Part shown: in pieces, positions 50,007-58,707 of the stretch
How positions within the stretch are numbered: the first letter of the stretch is position 1
Layout: each line of letters opens with the position of its first letter
Assembly (NCBI GenBank): GCA_963797095.1
Contig: CAWCNY010000007.1
Location: 128,001-192,000, forward strand
Length of the DNA: 64,000 nt
DNA from: an uncultured Chloroflexia bacterium
GTDB taxonomy: Bacteria > Chloroflexota > Chloroflexia > QHBQ01 > JADMIH01
Reading direction: 5' to 3'
Made by a program: the position numbers and the translations under genes
Notes under the pieces: generated by a model
What the model saw: only the letters and a program-made list of their open reading frames with translations
Databases searched by the model: none
What the model was told of the DNA's origin: nothing

Positions 50007-51878
50007 ATGCCCGATCCTCATGCACCTGTGGGCAATCTCGTACGCCGCCTTCTCAGGAGGCCGCTGTCCCGTGCCTGGATGACAGTTATTGTGCTAGGTG
50101 GCTATGCTATCCTCACGGTAGTGATGACGTGGCCGCTCGCGCTGCATTTTGCGGATACTTTGCCGGACGGCAGCGATGGCTGGCAGGAGATGTGGGGGCT
50201 CTGGTGGTTCAAAAAGGCCCTGGTTGATCTCCATACCACCCCGTTTTACACCAATTACCTCTACTATCCCAACGGTATAAGACTCTATTTCCATCCGCTT
50301 CAGCCCTTCAATGGGCTGATCAGCATCCCCTTCCAGGTGCTGGGGGCCGGCCTTCCAGCCGTGTACAACATCCTGATCCTATTGAGTTTTGTGCTCGCGG
50401 GATATGGTATGTATCTGCTGGTTAGGCATCTTACAGGGGCAGGTGCACCCGCGTTTATCGCCGGGTGCGTGTACGCGTTTTGTCCCTACCACTTCGCGCA
50501 TATGTTGGGGCAGCTAAATCTGGCATCTCTTCAATGGATGCCTTTCTATCTATTCGCGCTATTCAAGGCGTGGGGCGGTCCTGGACCATTCCCGGCGGTA
50601 GATAATTCTAGGGGCGAGAGGCGGCAGCTTGGCTGCGCTTTGCTTGCAGGGCTGTTACTGGTCGTAAACGCATATACAGAGTGGCTGTATGCCGCGCTGA
50701 TGGGCCTATTTACGCTGTGGTTCTTTGCCTGGCAACTTACATTTGGACGCGCAAAAGGATCAGGAGCGGACCCAACCAAGACACGCTACGCAGGCTGGCG
50801 ACCTGGTGCGGTCGAACTTGCTGTCCAGGGCGGTGTTTGCATTGTGCTGCTTGCACCTGTATTGATCCCGATGATACGCGAAACACAAACTGCTACTTAT
50901 ATGAGACCTTCCGCCTACGAGGTTGAGCTTTTCTCGGCAGACCTTACTGATATAGCAGTGCCGAATTTGCTGGTGCCCTTATGGAATACCTTGCTCAGCC
51001 CCATTTTGACCGCTCATTACATGAGCCATTATCCCTCCGAGCGCCTGGTATTTGTGGGCTACATTGTGCTGCTATTGGTCGTTGTGGGTATCTGGAGGCT
51101 GAGGCGGTTGCCTGGTGTTCTTTTTTGGGGGTGGACCGCGCTGGGTGCATGGGTACTCAGCCTGGGGCCGGTGCTTCACGTGTGGGGAAGCAGCGATCTG
51201 TTCGGCGTTCGTATTCCGCTGCCCTACGCCTGGTTCCAGGGGCTGCCCGGCATGAGTATTCTGCGCACACCTGGGCGCATTAGCGTGTTGATCATCCTTG
51301 CTCTGGCGGTGCTTGTTGGTTATTCGCTTTCCACTTTGTTCAACAGGCAATCTTCGGAAAGCAGTCCTGAGAGGCAAAAGTCGCTCACGGGTCTGAAGTA
51401 CGCGGCTATCGGAGCATTAATCTTGCTGGAATTCATACCGGTACCGTTCCCTTTGATGCCACAAAATTATGAGATCGAGCTCTATCACCGGATTGCGCAC
51501 GAAACGGGCAATTTCGCGGTGCTGGAGTTGCCGATTCGGCCTATAGCCATCTTCATGGCATACCAGACTATTCACAGGAGGCCGATGATTGGAGGTTATG
51601 TATCCAGGCTACCGCCCGATAGTTATATAGAGCATAGTCCCCTACTCACATATCTACTTCCTTCCACCGGCGCAGATGATCCTGTATCTTCGGAGGCCAG
51701 CAGCACAGGGCTGGACGAGTTACGACGCATTGGAGTGCGCTATGTGATCGTTCACTGGCAATGGATGGCACCGGAGGAGGCGGAAAGCATGCACGCCAAG
51801 TTGGCGCGGGTCATCCCCAACGTTATTGCCCAGGATGTGCAGGAGGAAAATATAACGTTCTACAAGATAGGGCCTTAG
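50007..51878 (+). CDS. polytopic membrane protein, GT-C-like (YfhO-like)
   Basis: TWPL...D.W..W..WW, AF.PYH, R.P.R, VLELP and GGY.SR motifs; about 12 TMs. Confidence 0.7.
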   Translation: MPDPHAPVGNLVRRLLRRPLSRAWMTVIVLGGYAILTVVMTWPLALHFADTLPDGSDGWQEMWGLWWFKKALVDLHTTPFYTNYLYYPNGIRLYFHPLQPFNGLISIPFQVLGAGLPAVYNILILLSFVLAGYGMYLLVRHLTGAGAPAFIAGCVYAFCPYHFAHMLGQLNLASLQWMPFYLFALFKAWGGPGPFPAVDNSRGERRQLGCALLAGLLLVVNAYTEWLYAALMGLFTLWFFAWQLTFGRAKGSGADPTKTRYAGWRPGAVELAVQGGVCIVLLAPVLIPMIRETQTATYMRPSAYEVELFSADLTDIAVPNLLVPLWNTLLSPILTAHYMSHYPSERLVFVGYIVLLLVVVGIWRLRRLPGVLFWGWTALGAWVLSLGPVLHVWGSSDLFGVRIPLPYAWFQGLPGMSILRTPGRISVLIILALAVLVGYSLSTLFNRQSSESSPERQKSLTGLKYAAIGALILLEFIPVPFPLMPQNYEIELYHRIAHETGNFAVLELPIRPIAIFMAYQTIHRRPMIGGYVSRLPPDSYIEHSPLLTYLLPSTGADDPVSSEASSTGLDELRRIGVRYVIVHWQWMAPEEAESMHAKLARVIPNVIAQDVQEENITFYKIGP

Positions 51879-51993
51879 TCAGGGCGGTTTTCAATAAGGG
51901 GCTGTTTGTTCTCTCTGGTATACTTAATAGAGTCGCTATTGCGTATAGAGTCGCTATTGGGTCGCTGGAATATGAAAGTAATAAGAATAAGAA

Positions 51994-53118
51994 ATGGCAA
52001 ATAACATAGACGCAAATAATAGAAAAAGAGTGGTTGTCGCCATGAGCGGGGGCGTGGATAGCTCGTTTACGGCTGCGCTCTTGCTTGAGCAAGGGTACGA
52101 TGTGATCGGGGTGCACATGAGGTTGCACCATTTACACGCTGCCAGCAGGATGGGAGCGGGCGGAAAGCTGAACAAAGGGTGTTGCTCGGCGGACGATGTG
52201 GACGATGCTCGCCTGGTGTGCTATGAACTTGGTATTCCATTCTATGTGCTCGATTTCGAAGGCGATTTTCGCAAGACGGTGATCCAGAACTTCGTAGACG
52301 AGTACAGCAAGGGGCGCACACCTTATCCGTGTTTGCAGTGCAATCGCTATGTGAAGTTCGACTCGCTGCTTAAGCGTGCGGCGCAACTGGATGCCGATCA
52401 CCTGGCTACGGGACACTACGGACGGATCACATATGATGATACGACGGGAAAGTACAGTCTGCGCAAGGCGCTTGACCCTTCGAAGGATCAATCGTACGTG
52501 CTGTACCACCTGGGGCAGTCTGAGTTGAGTCGCCTGTTGTTGCCTCTGGGAGAGCTTGCCAAGATACAGGTGCGCGAGATGTCAGCCGAGCGCAACCTGG
52601 TAACGGCGGATAAGCCGGACAGCCAGGAGATTTGCTTCATCCCTAATAACAACTACCGCACGTTCCTGGATAAGGTCTCGCCCGGCATGGCCGAGGCAGG
52701 CGTGATGGTCGATACGGCGGGCCAGGTGGTAGGAACGCATACAGGAGTGCCGAACTATACAATAGGGCAGCGCAAGGGGTTAGGCGCGCTGGGCTCGGAG
52801 GCGCATTTCGTGCTGGAGATTCGGCCTGAAGAGAACGTGGTGGTAGTCGGCACGAACGAGGAGTTGATGCGTTCGTCGCTTACAGCGGATGATGTGCATT
52901 GGACTTCTGGCAATGAGCCTTCGGGTCCCTTTATGGCGAGCGTGAAGATACGCTATCGCGCACCCGAAGTGCCCGCTCTGGTGACTCCTCTGCCGGGCAG
53001 GGGCATTCGGGTGGAGTTTGAGACGGCGCAGCGGGCGGTTACGCCTGGACAGGCAGCGGTTGTGTATGTCGGGGATGAGGTTGTGGGCGGTGGGACGATC
53101 GAGCGTCCGGCCAACTAA
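51994..53118 (+). CDS. mnmA: tRNA 2-thiouridine(34) synthase
   Basis: AMSGGVDSS, GRTP.PC..CN, ATGHY, KDQSY, DSQEICF, YTIGQRKG and TPGQ. Confidence 0.97.
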   Translation: MANNIDANNRKRVVVAMSGGVDSSFTAALLLEQGYDVIGVHMRLHHLHAASRMGAGGKLNKGCCSADDVDDARLVCYELGIPFYVLDFEGDFRKTVIQNFVDEYSKGRTPYPCLQCNRYVKFDSLLKRAAQLDADHLATGHYGRITYDDTTGKYSLRKALDPSKDQSYVLYHLGQSELSRLLLPLGELAKIQVREMSAERNLVTADKPDSQEICFIPNNNYRTFLDKVSPGMAEAGVMVDTAGQVVGTHTGVPNYTIGQRKGLGALGSEAHFVLEIRPEENVVVVGTNEELMRSSLTADDVHWTSGNEPSGPFMASVKIRYRAPEVPALVTPLPGRGIRVEFETAQRAVTPGQAAVVYVGDEVVGGGTIERPAN

Positions 53119-53120
53119 TC

Positions 53121-53882
53121 ATGCCCTGGAATCCCGATACTTACCATAAATTCCAAGCTGAGCGTTCGGCCCCTTTCACCGACCTGCTGGCACTGGTCAA
53201 TGTGCGGAGCGGACTACACGTTGTCGACCTGGGGTGCGGCACAGGAGAGCTTACGGCTCGGCTCGCGGATTATTTACCTGATAGTGTTGTGGTTGGTATT
53301 GATAACTCGCCGCAGATGCTGGAACGCGCTTCACAGTATGAGCGCCCTAATTTGCGCTTTGAGTTGGCTTGTATCGAGGACCTGGACAGAGAGTGGGATT
53401 TGATCTTCTCGCACGCTGCCATCCACTGGGTGGAAGACCACAAGAGGTTGATCCCCCAACTGCTGTCGTATCTACGCCCCGGCGGGCAGCTTGCGGTGCA
53501 GATACCATCTAATCACGGGCATGCCACACATAGGTTGATCACCGAGTTGGCGGGGGAGTCACCTTTCAAGACAGCGCTTGGAGGGTGGATTCGCACGTCG
53601 GAGGTGCTTGGCATAGATCATTATGCAGACCTACTTTATGAGCACGGCGGACAAAATATCACCGTGTTCGAGAAGGTTTATCCCCACATCCTCGCCGATG
53701 CCGATGCGCTGGCCGATTGGACTTCGGGAACCGCACTGGTGCCTTACTTCGCGCGGATGAACGAGGGCGTACGGGAGCAGTTCATGATGCGCTATCGCGA
53801 GAGGCTGCGTGCCAGTTACCCTGAAAAGCCTGTGTTTTACGGCTTCCGTCGCACACTGTTCTCTGCGACCGTGGCAGGGTAG
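53121..53882 (+). CDS. tam: trans-aconitate 2-methyltransferase
   Basis: WNP..Y..F..ER..PF.DLL, VVDLGCGTG, LAVQ.P and GTAL.P. Confidence 0.8.
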   Translation: MPWNPDTYHKFQAERSAPFTDLLALVNVRSGLHVVDLGCGTGELTARLADYLPDSVVVGIDNSPQMLERASQYERPNLRFELACIEDLDREWDLIFSHAAIHWVEDHKRLIPQLLSYLRPGGQLAVQIPSNHGHATHRLITELAGESPFKTALGGWIRTSEVLGIDHYADLLYEHGGQNITVFEKVYPHILADADALADWTSGTALVPYFARMNEGVREQFMMRYRERLRASYPEKPVFYGFRRTLFSATVAG

Positions 53883-53967
53883 TGGAATTCCACATGCGGG
53901 TTGTGATGTATAATGCCCATCACAACCCGCATTCCACGCGCTACGCTCCGTGCTTCGCACTCAAAAG

Positions 53968-54225
53968 ATGCCCGCACTCTCGCCGACAGTTATCATTTTC
54001 CTCGGTTTTGGCACTGCTTACGCGCTGCTCTTTCAGTTATGGCGTGGGCGGAGGCTGGCACATCTATTGCTCTTCTGGTTAGTGAGCCTTCTGGGCTTCG
54101 GACTAGGCTACTTGGCGGCATCGCTGTGGGCGATCCACCCCATTGTGCTGGGGGATATACCGGTCGTGGAAGCGTCGCTTGGCGCTCTCATATTACTTCT
54201 GGTTGCCAGCCGATTTACCGTATGA
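53968..54225 (+). CDS. small hypothetical membrane protein
   Basis: Three hydrophobic helices; TATAAT upstream. Confidence 0.65.
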   Translation: MPALSPTVIIFLGFGTAYALLFQLWRGRRLAHLLLFWLVSLLGFGLGYLAASLWAIHPIVLGDIPVVEASLGALILLLVASRFTV

Positions 54226-54352
54226 TACAATTCGTCGCATAGGGAGGGGGCGGTTACTGCATATTGCATACTGTGTAGTGCGTATTTCATATTGCACACC
54301 GCATAGTGCAGATTGTCCTGACCCCTTATCCTGATGAACCGGAGGACACCTT

Positions 54353-54760
54353 ATGAAAGTAGTTTTCATAGGTCTGGCAGCGCTATTAGTGCTTGTGGTG
54401 CTGCTTTTGCCTATTATCCTTGTATTCGTTGTACCGTTTCCCGAGGGTTATACCTGGCTTAGCGCTTTCCGCGATGCGGCCATAATTTATGCCAGCTTCT
54501 TCATGTGCGTGGGCGCTCTTTTGTTTATTGCTATGACGGGGTTGCTAGCCCTTATTGCCTTCACCCTTCGCGACAAGGTTTCGCCAACGATAGACAAGGT
54601 TGACGACACAGTGAAGACAGTGCGCGGGACTGTCACATTCGTGAGCGAGAGCGTGGTAGCGCCGATAATCAAAGTAGCAGGCGCAGCAGCAGGGGCGAAG
54701 GCGATGGTGCAAACGCTGGTGCGACGCAAGCCTAAGGAGACCAAAGAGGAGAAGTCGTAA
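54353..54760 (+). CDS. membrane protein, DUF948/YtxG-like
   Basis: RBS GGAGG; two TMs followed by an amphipathic helix (TVRGT..FVSE.V..PIIK). Confidence 0.6.
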   Translation: MKVVFIGLAALLVLVVLLLPIILVFVVPFPEGYTWLSAFRDAAIIYASFFMCVGALLFIAMTGLLALIAFTLRDKVSPTIDKVDDTVKTVRGTVTFVSESVVAPIIKVAGAAAGAKAMVQTLVRRKPKETKEEKS

Positions 54761-54942
54761 TGGCAAAGGCAAAGAAGAATGGAGGGGACGCAAGCCTTCT
54801 GATCGGCCTTGTGCTTGGGCTGGCAATAGGCGCAGCGATTGTGATCATACTTACCGAGGCGTCGCGAGAGGATGTTGGGCCTGACAGGATGCTGGAGAAG
54901 GCAGCTGATAGAATAGAAGGGGCAGCGGAAGCCTCCAGCTGA
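54760..54942 (+). CDS. small YtxH-like membrane protein
   Basis: TAATG coupling with the upstream gene; LIGLVLGLAIGAA GxxxG helix. Confidence 0.55.
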   Translation: MAKAKKNGGDASLLIGLVLGLAIGAAIVIILTEASREDVGPDRMLEKAADRIEGAAEASS

Positions 54943-54943
54943 G

Positions 54944-55001
54944 AGCAGGTAAGCACGAAAAAGGGCGGGCCGCGACCCGCCCTTTTTCGTGCTTACCTGC
55001 T
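54944..55001. terminator. bidirectional terminator
   Basis: 26-bp perfect inverted repeat with A5/T5 tracts between convergent operons. Confidence 0.85.
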
Positions 55002-55003
55002 AC

Positions 55004-56458
55004 CTAAATGGTCTCTCGTTCGTGTTTGTCGCCGTCGTAACTGAGGATGGCATCTTCGCCCTCCATGGTCGTTTGCAGGTAAACTGGACGACCCCAGAGA
55101 GAGTGGACATGTTCGAGGGTCTTGTCGGCGTAAGTCTCATCCAGATCCTGACCATCGTGGACGTGTCGCAAGTATAGCTCGCCGTTGTGATGGTAATCAC
55201 CGCTTTCGACCAGGATCGTGGGGTTGCCGAAGTTTGCCATGCGAGCCACGATGTTGTCACGCACGTTGCGCCAATCTTTGTCAACTATCACCCACTGGTC
55301 CCCCTCGCGCTCGTAAAGGTAGAGGTCAAGGTCTTCTACCAGTTGCTCAGTCAGGTAGTTGCGGATGAGGGAGACATCATTCTCTTCTTCGCGTACCTCA
55401 AACAGTTTCTTGTGACCCTCGCCACCGGTGCGACCCCACTTCTCCTTTTCTTCGTCGGTGGGGTTGTCCCAGCGCCGCTCTATATCTTCCAGGACCTTTA
55501 TGCCGAGGAGATAGGGATTTAGCTGGAAGCGGGAGGGAGAAAGGACGCCCGCGTTCATGGAGGCATAGTCGGTGAACTCTTCGTTGGTGAGATCAAGCTC
55601 GCGCATGATGCGGGTGTGCGCCCACACGGCCCAACCCTCGTTGCACACTTTGGTCTGCATCTGGGGTATGAAATAAAGCATCTCCTCGCGCACGATGCCC
55701 ATAATATCGCGCTGCCAGGGTTCGAGATGGCGAGAATTGCGCATTATGAAGCCGAGTAGGTCTTTCTCAGGTTGGGCAGGGCGCTGATCGGCCTGGGTAT
55801 TGCGCGAATGCCCGTTGCGCGGTAGGGGGGGGGGCTGTGGCTCATCGGTGAGGGCAAAGAGGTCGTCGAAGGGGGTTTCACCAGCTGAGGGGTGTTCGCG
55901 ACGTAGGTTTTCGTCGTGGCTATGCTCGTCACCGGGTTTGAGCCTATCGGGCCTTCGGGCATCGACAGGGTCGATGTGCTCCTGTATGGAGAGCACAGCA
56001 TCGAGGAAGCGTTCGACTCTGGAGAGGCCATGCTCGAATTCGTAATGGCGTATTCTGCCTGCGTTAAGGGAAGCGGTCTCTACCATATGGCGGTTGGTGG
56101 CCTGAAAGTAAGCGTTGTGCTTGAAGAAATCGCAATGGCCGACCACATGGGCCATGACGAGTTTGTTCTGGAGGACCGAGTTAGCGTCCATCAGGAAGGC
56201 GTAGGAGGGATTGGTATTGATCACAAGCTCATATATCTTGCTCAGGCCGTAGTCGTACTGGGTCTTCATGCGGTGGTACATCTTGCCGTGGGACCAGTGG
56301 GAGAAGCGGCCAGGCAAACCATAAGAGCCGAACTCGTACATTATAGAGGCTGGTACAAGCTCGAAGTGGACGGGGAAGGGGTCGAGGCCCAGGCTATGGG
56401 AGATCTCCCATATAGGGGCGATTGCGTCTTCCAGTTGTTTAGCATCGGAGTCTTGCAT
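55004..56458 (-). CDS. spoVR: SpoVR/YcgB family protein
   Basis: G.PGRFSHWSHG, IYELVIN, AHV.GH.DFF, TK..NEGWA and NPY..G. Confidence 0.93.
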   Translation of the reverse strand: MQDSDAKQLEDAIAPIWEISHSLGLDPFPVHFELVPASIMYEFGSYGLPGRFSHWSHGKMYHRMKTQYDYGLSKIYELVINTNPSYAFLMDANSVLQNKLVMAHVVGHCDFFKHNAYFQATNRHMVETASLNAGRIRHYEFEHGLSRVERFLDAVLSIQEHIDPVDARRPDRLKPGDEHSHDENLRREHPSAGETPFDDLFALTDEPQPPPLPRNGHSRNTQADQRPAQPEKDLLGFIMRNSRHLEPWQRDIMGIVREEMLYFIPQMQTKVCNEGWAVWAHTRIMRELDLTNEEFTDYASMNAGVLSPSRFQLNPYLLGIKVLEDIERRWDNPTDEEKEKWGRTGGEGHKKLFEVREEENDVSLIRNYLTEQLVEDLDLYLYEREGDQWVIVDKDWRNVRDNIVARMANFGNPTILVESGDYHHNGELYLRHVHDGQDLDETYADKTLEHVHSLWGRPVYLQTTMEGEDAILSYDGDKHERETI

Positions 56459-56500
56459 ATTTTAGTTCCGATTTCTGATTTTGTTGGGTTAGGTGGTGCC

Positions 56501-57358
56501 TCAATAAGGCTCATCCTCACCCGGGTACCATTCATTGAAGCGAGTGTAGCTGGAGTGCCAGACGCCTTTCTTGAGCATTTTGGCGAGAAGGGGAGCGTAG
56601 CGCAGCTTAGCGCCGTACATACGTTCCATGAGAGCACCCGCGCCTCGCTGGCGATTCATGTACTGGTCGTAGACGAATAGCTCGCACCGTTCGTTGATCG
56701 AGTAGCTGTGGGTGGGGTAGATATCGTCCAGGCCCGCGAACAGGTCATGCACTCGGGTGCCTATGTTGCCAAACCTGTGGGCTGGCAAGCCTTCTACGAC
56801 ACGCGGATACAGGTCGCGGAAGTCGGCGGTGCGCAATTTGTCCAGGATCGCCACAGCCGTGGCTTCGTTCGCCACGCTACGAGACTGTTTCAATACTTCC
56901 AGGAGGGCTGTGCGCACGGCGTTAGCAGGGAGAAGACCAGTGCTGTATTTGTGCTGGGAGAGTTGTGAGGGATCGAGGGTGGGCCAGGTGTTGGTAGTTT
57001 TGGCAAGAGCAACCGCCGATCTGTGCCTGACGGCGGGGTCTTTGCTCCCGGTCATGCGGAGCAGTGCGCCCAGGGCGCGCTCGACGCCGGTCATGGGCAG
57101 GGGACGCACGCCAAGCAATCTGGGCGGCACGACGAGATATGGGTCGCGGGCCGCAGTTACGAGGCTCAGCACCAGCAAATCGCTCAGTTGTTCTTCTTCG
57201 CCCGCTTCTTCATAGAGGCCCAGACCGACAGCACACACCAGGCAACGGTCGCTGTAGGTATGGCGTCCGCAGTATTTACGCCCACATCTGCATTGCGTCT
57301 GCGCTTCAATATCGCAGAACCAGCAGGTTGGATGCTCAGTTGAAACATTTGGGTCCAT
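56501..57358 (-). CDS. hypothetical protein with N-terminal Cys/His zinc finger and helical (HEAT-like) body
   Basis: CxxC-x7-CxC-x4-CxxH-x5-CxxC, then SKDPAVRHRSAVALAK. Confidence 0.7.
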   Translation of the reverse strand: MDPNVSTEHPTCWFCDIEAQTQCRCGRKYCGRHTYSDRCLVCAVGLGLYEEAGEEEQLSDLLVLSLVTAARDPYLVVPPRLLGVRPLPMTGVERALGALLRMTGSKDPAVRHRSAVALAKTTNTWPTLDPSQLSQHKYSTGLLPANAVRTALLEVLKQSRSVANEATAVAILDKLRTADFRDLYPRVVEGLPAHRFGNIGTRVHDLFAGLDDIYPTHSYSINERCELFVYDQYMNRQRGAGALMERMYGAKLRYAPLLAKMLKKGVWHSSYTRFNEWYPGEDEPY

Positions 57359-57410
57359 GTTTGTGATACACGAAGACAACGGACTATAGACGAGGGACGA
57401 TTATGGTGGC

Positions 57411-58589
57411 CTATGTGGCGGGGACAGGAGATTTGGAGAAGAAGCGTTGTAGGGCCGGGTAGACGGCTTTCTTGTCGCTAATGGTGACCGTTACAAACTT
57501 GGCATCTTCTATCTTGCCGAAGGCGGACATGAGCGTGCTCGATGAGCCGCGGTAGCCTTCCCGGATCTCGCCATAGCCGAAGAGATTGCATTGGGCGAGT
57601 AGCTCTTTGACCATGCGAACGCACACTTCGTTGTCCCAGGGGAGGTTGTCGCCATCGGAGAAGTGGAAGGGGTAGATGTTCCAGTCTTGGGGCGAGTAGC
57701 GCGTGCGGATGATGTCGAGGGCAAGCTCGTATGCCGAGGAGACCTGGGTGCCGCCCGACTCGCCCCGGTGGAAGAATTCCTCTTCGGTGACCTCGCGGGC
57801 TTCGGTGTGGTGAGAGATAAATACTATCTCGACGTTGTTATACTTGGTTCTGAGGAAGCGGACCATCCAGAAGTAGAAGGAGCGCGCGATATACTTCTCG
57901 AACTCACCCATGCTGCCCGACACGTCCATGAGAGCGAGCACGACGGCGTTCGACTGGTATTCGATGCGTGTCTCCCAGGTCTTGAAGCGAAGGTCGTCGG
58001 AGCGGAAATCGCCGACTTGAGCGTTGCCTCGGGCGGCGTTGCGCTTGATATTTTCAAGGAGGGTGCGCTTCTTGTCGAGGTTGGACATTGAGCCTTTTTT
58101 GCGTATGTCGGAGAATCGGAGGGTTTCGGATTCAACCTCTTTGATGCGCTTTTCCTGGAGGTTGGGCAACTCCAGGTCCTGGAAGATAAGAGCCGCGAGT
58201 TCATCGACTGATACCTCAGCTTCGTAGTATTCAGAGCCGGGTTCGTCGCCTGCCGGACTCTGGCCTTTGCCTGGGCCTTTCTGACCTTGGTTTCCGGCAC
58301 GTCCGATCACATCGCCCACCTGCGAGTCGCCCTCGCCGGAGCCGGTGTTCTTGCCGGTGTTGTAGTCGTAGCGGAAGCGGTATTCCTCGAGAGAGCGCAT
58401 GGGGACTTTGATGGTGCGCTTGCCGTCGGAGAGGATGATGTTTTCCTCAGAGACTATACCAGGCAGGTTCTCTTTGATGGCTTCGCGGATGCGGTCTTTG
58501 TGGCGCTGTTGGTCAACCGGCCCTTTGCGGTGGAGGGACCAGTCGTGCTGCGAGATCGACATCTGGGGTATGGAATGGTTTATGACCAT
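57411..58589 (-). CDS. yhbH: YhbH/YeaH (DUF444, VWA-like) protein
   Basis: DWSLHRKG..DQ.RH, MDVSGSM, ESGGT and SDGDN. Confidence 0.93.
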   Translation of the reverse strand: MVINHSIPQMSISQHDWSLHRKGPVDQQRHKDRIREAIKENLPGIVSEENIILSDGKRTIKVPMRSLEEYRFRYDYNTGKNTGSGEGDSQVGDVIGRAGNQGQKGPGKGQSPAGDEPGSEYYEAEVSVDELAALIFQDLELPNLQEKRIKEVESETLRFSDIRKKGSMSNLDKKRTLLENIKRNAARGNAQVGDFRSDDLRFKTWETRIEYQSNAVVLALMDVSGSMGEFEKYIARSFYFWMVRFLRTKYNNVEIVFISHHTEAREVTEEEFFHRGESGGTQVSSAYELALDIIRTRYSPQDWNIYPFHFSDGDNLPWDNEVCVRMVKELLAQCNLFGYGEIREGYRGSSSTLMSAFGKIEDAKFVTVTISDKKAVYPALQRFFSKSPVPAT

Positions 58590-58605
58590 TGTGGGTACTT
58601 TCTGG

Positions 58606-58654
58606 CGAGTAACGAGTAACGAGTAACGAGTAACGAGTAACGAGTAACGAGTAA
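58606..58654. repeat. heptamer tandem repeat (CGAGTAA)7
   Basis: Seven perfect copies between prkA and yhbH, with an inverted partial copy near 58677-58690. Confidence 0.95.
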
Positions 58655-58707
58655 CCTATTGCATAGTTCGTATCGCTTACTCGTTACTCTTCCTAACGTA
58701 TCACGTT

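Noticed and set aside
18554-58654. Heptamer arrays as CRISPR arrays
   Set aside because: The units are 7 nt with no spacers, and no cas genes are present.
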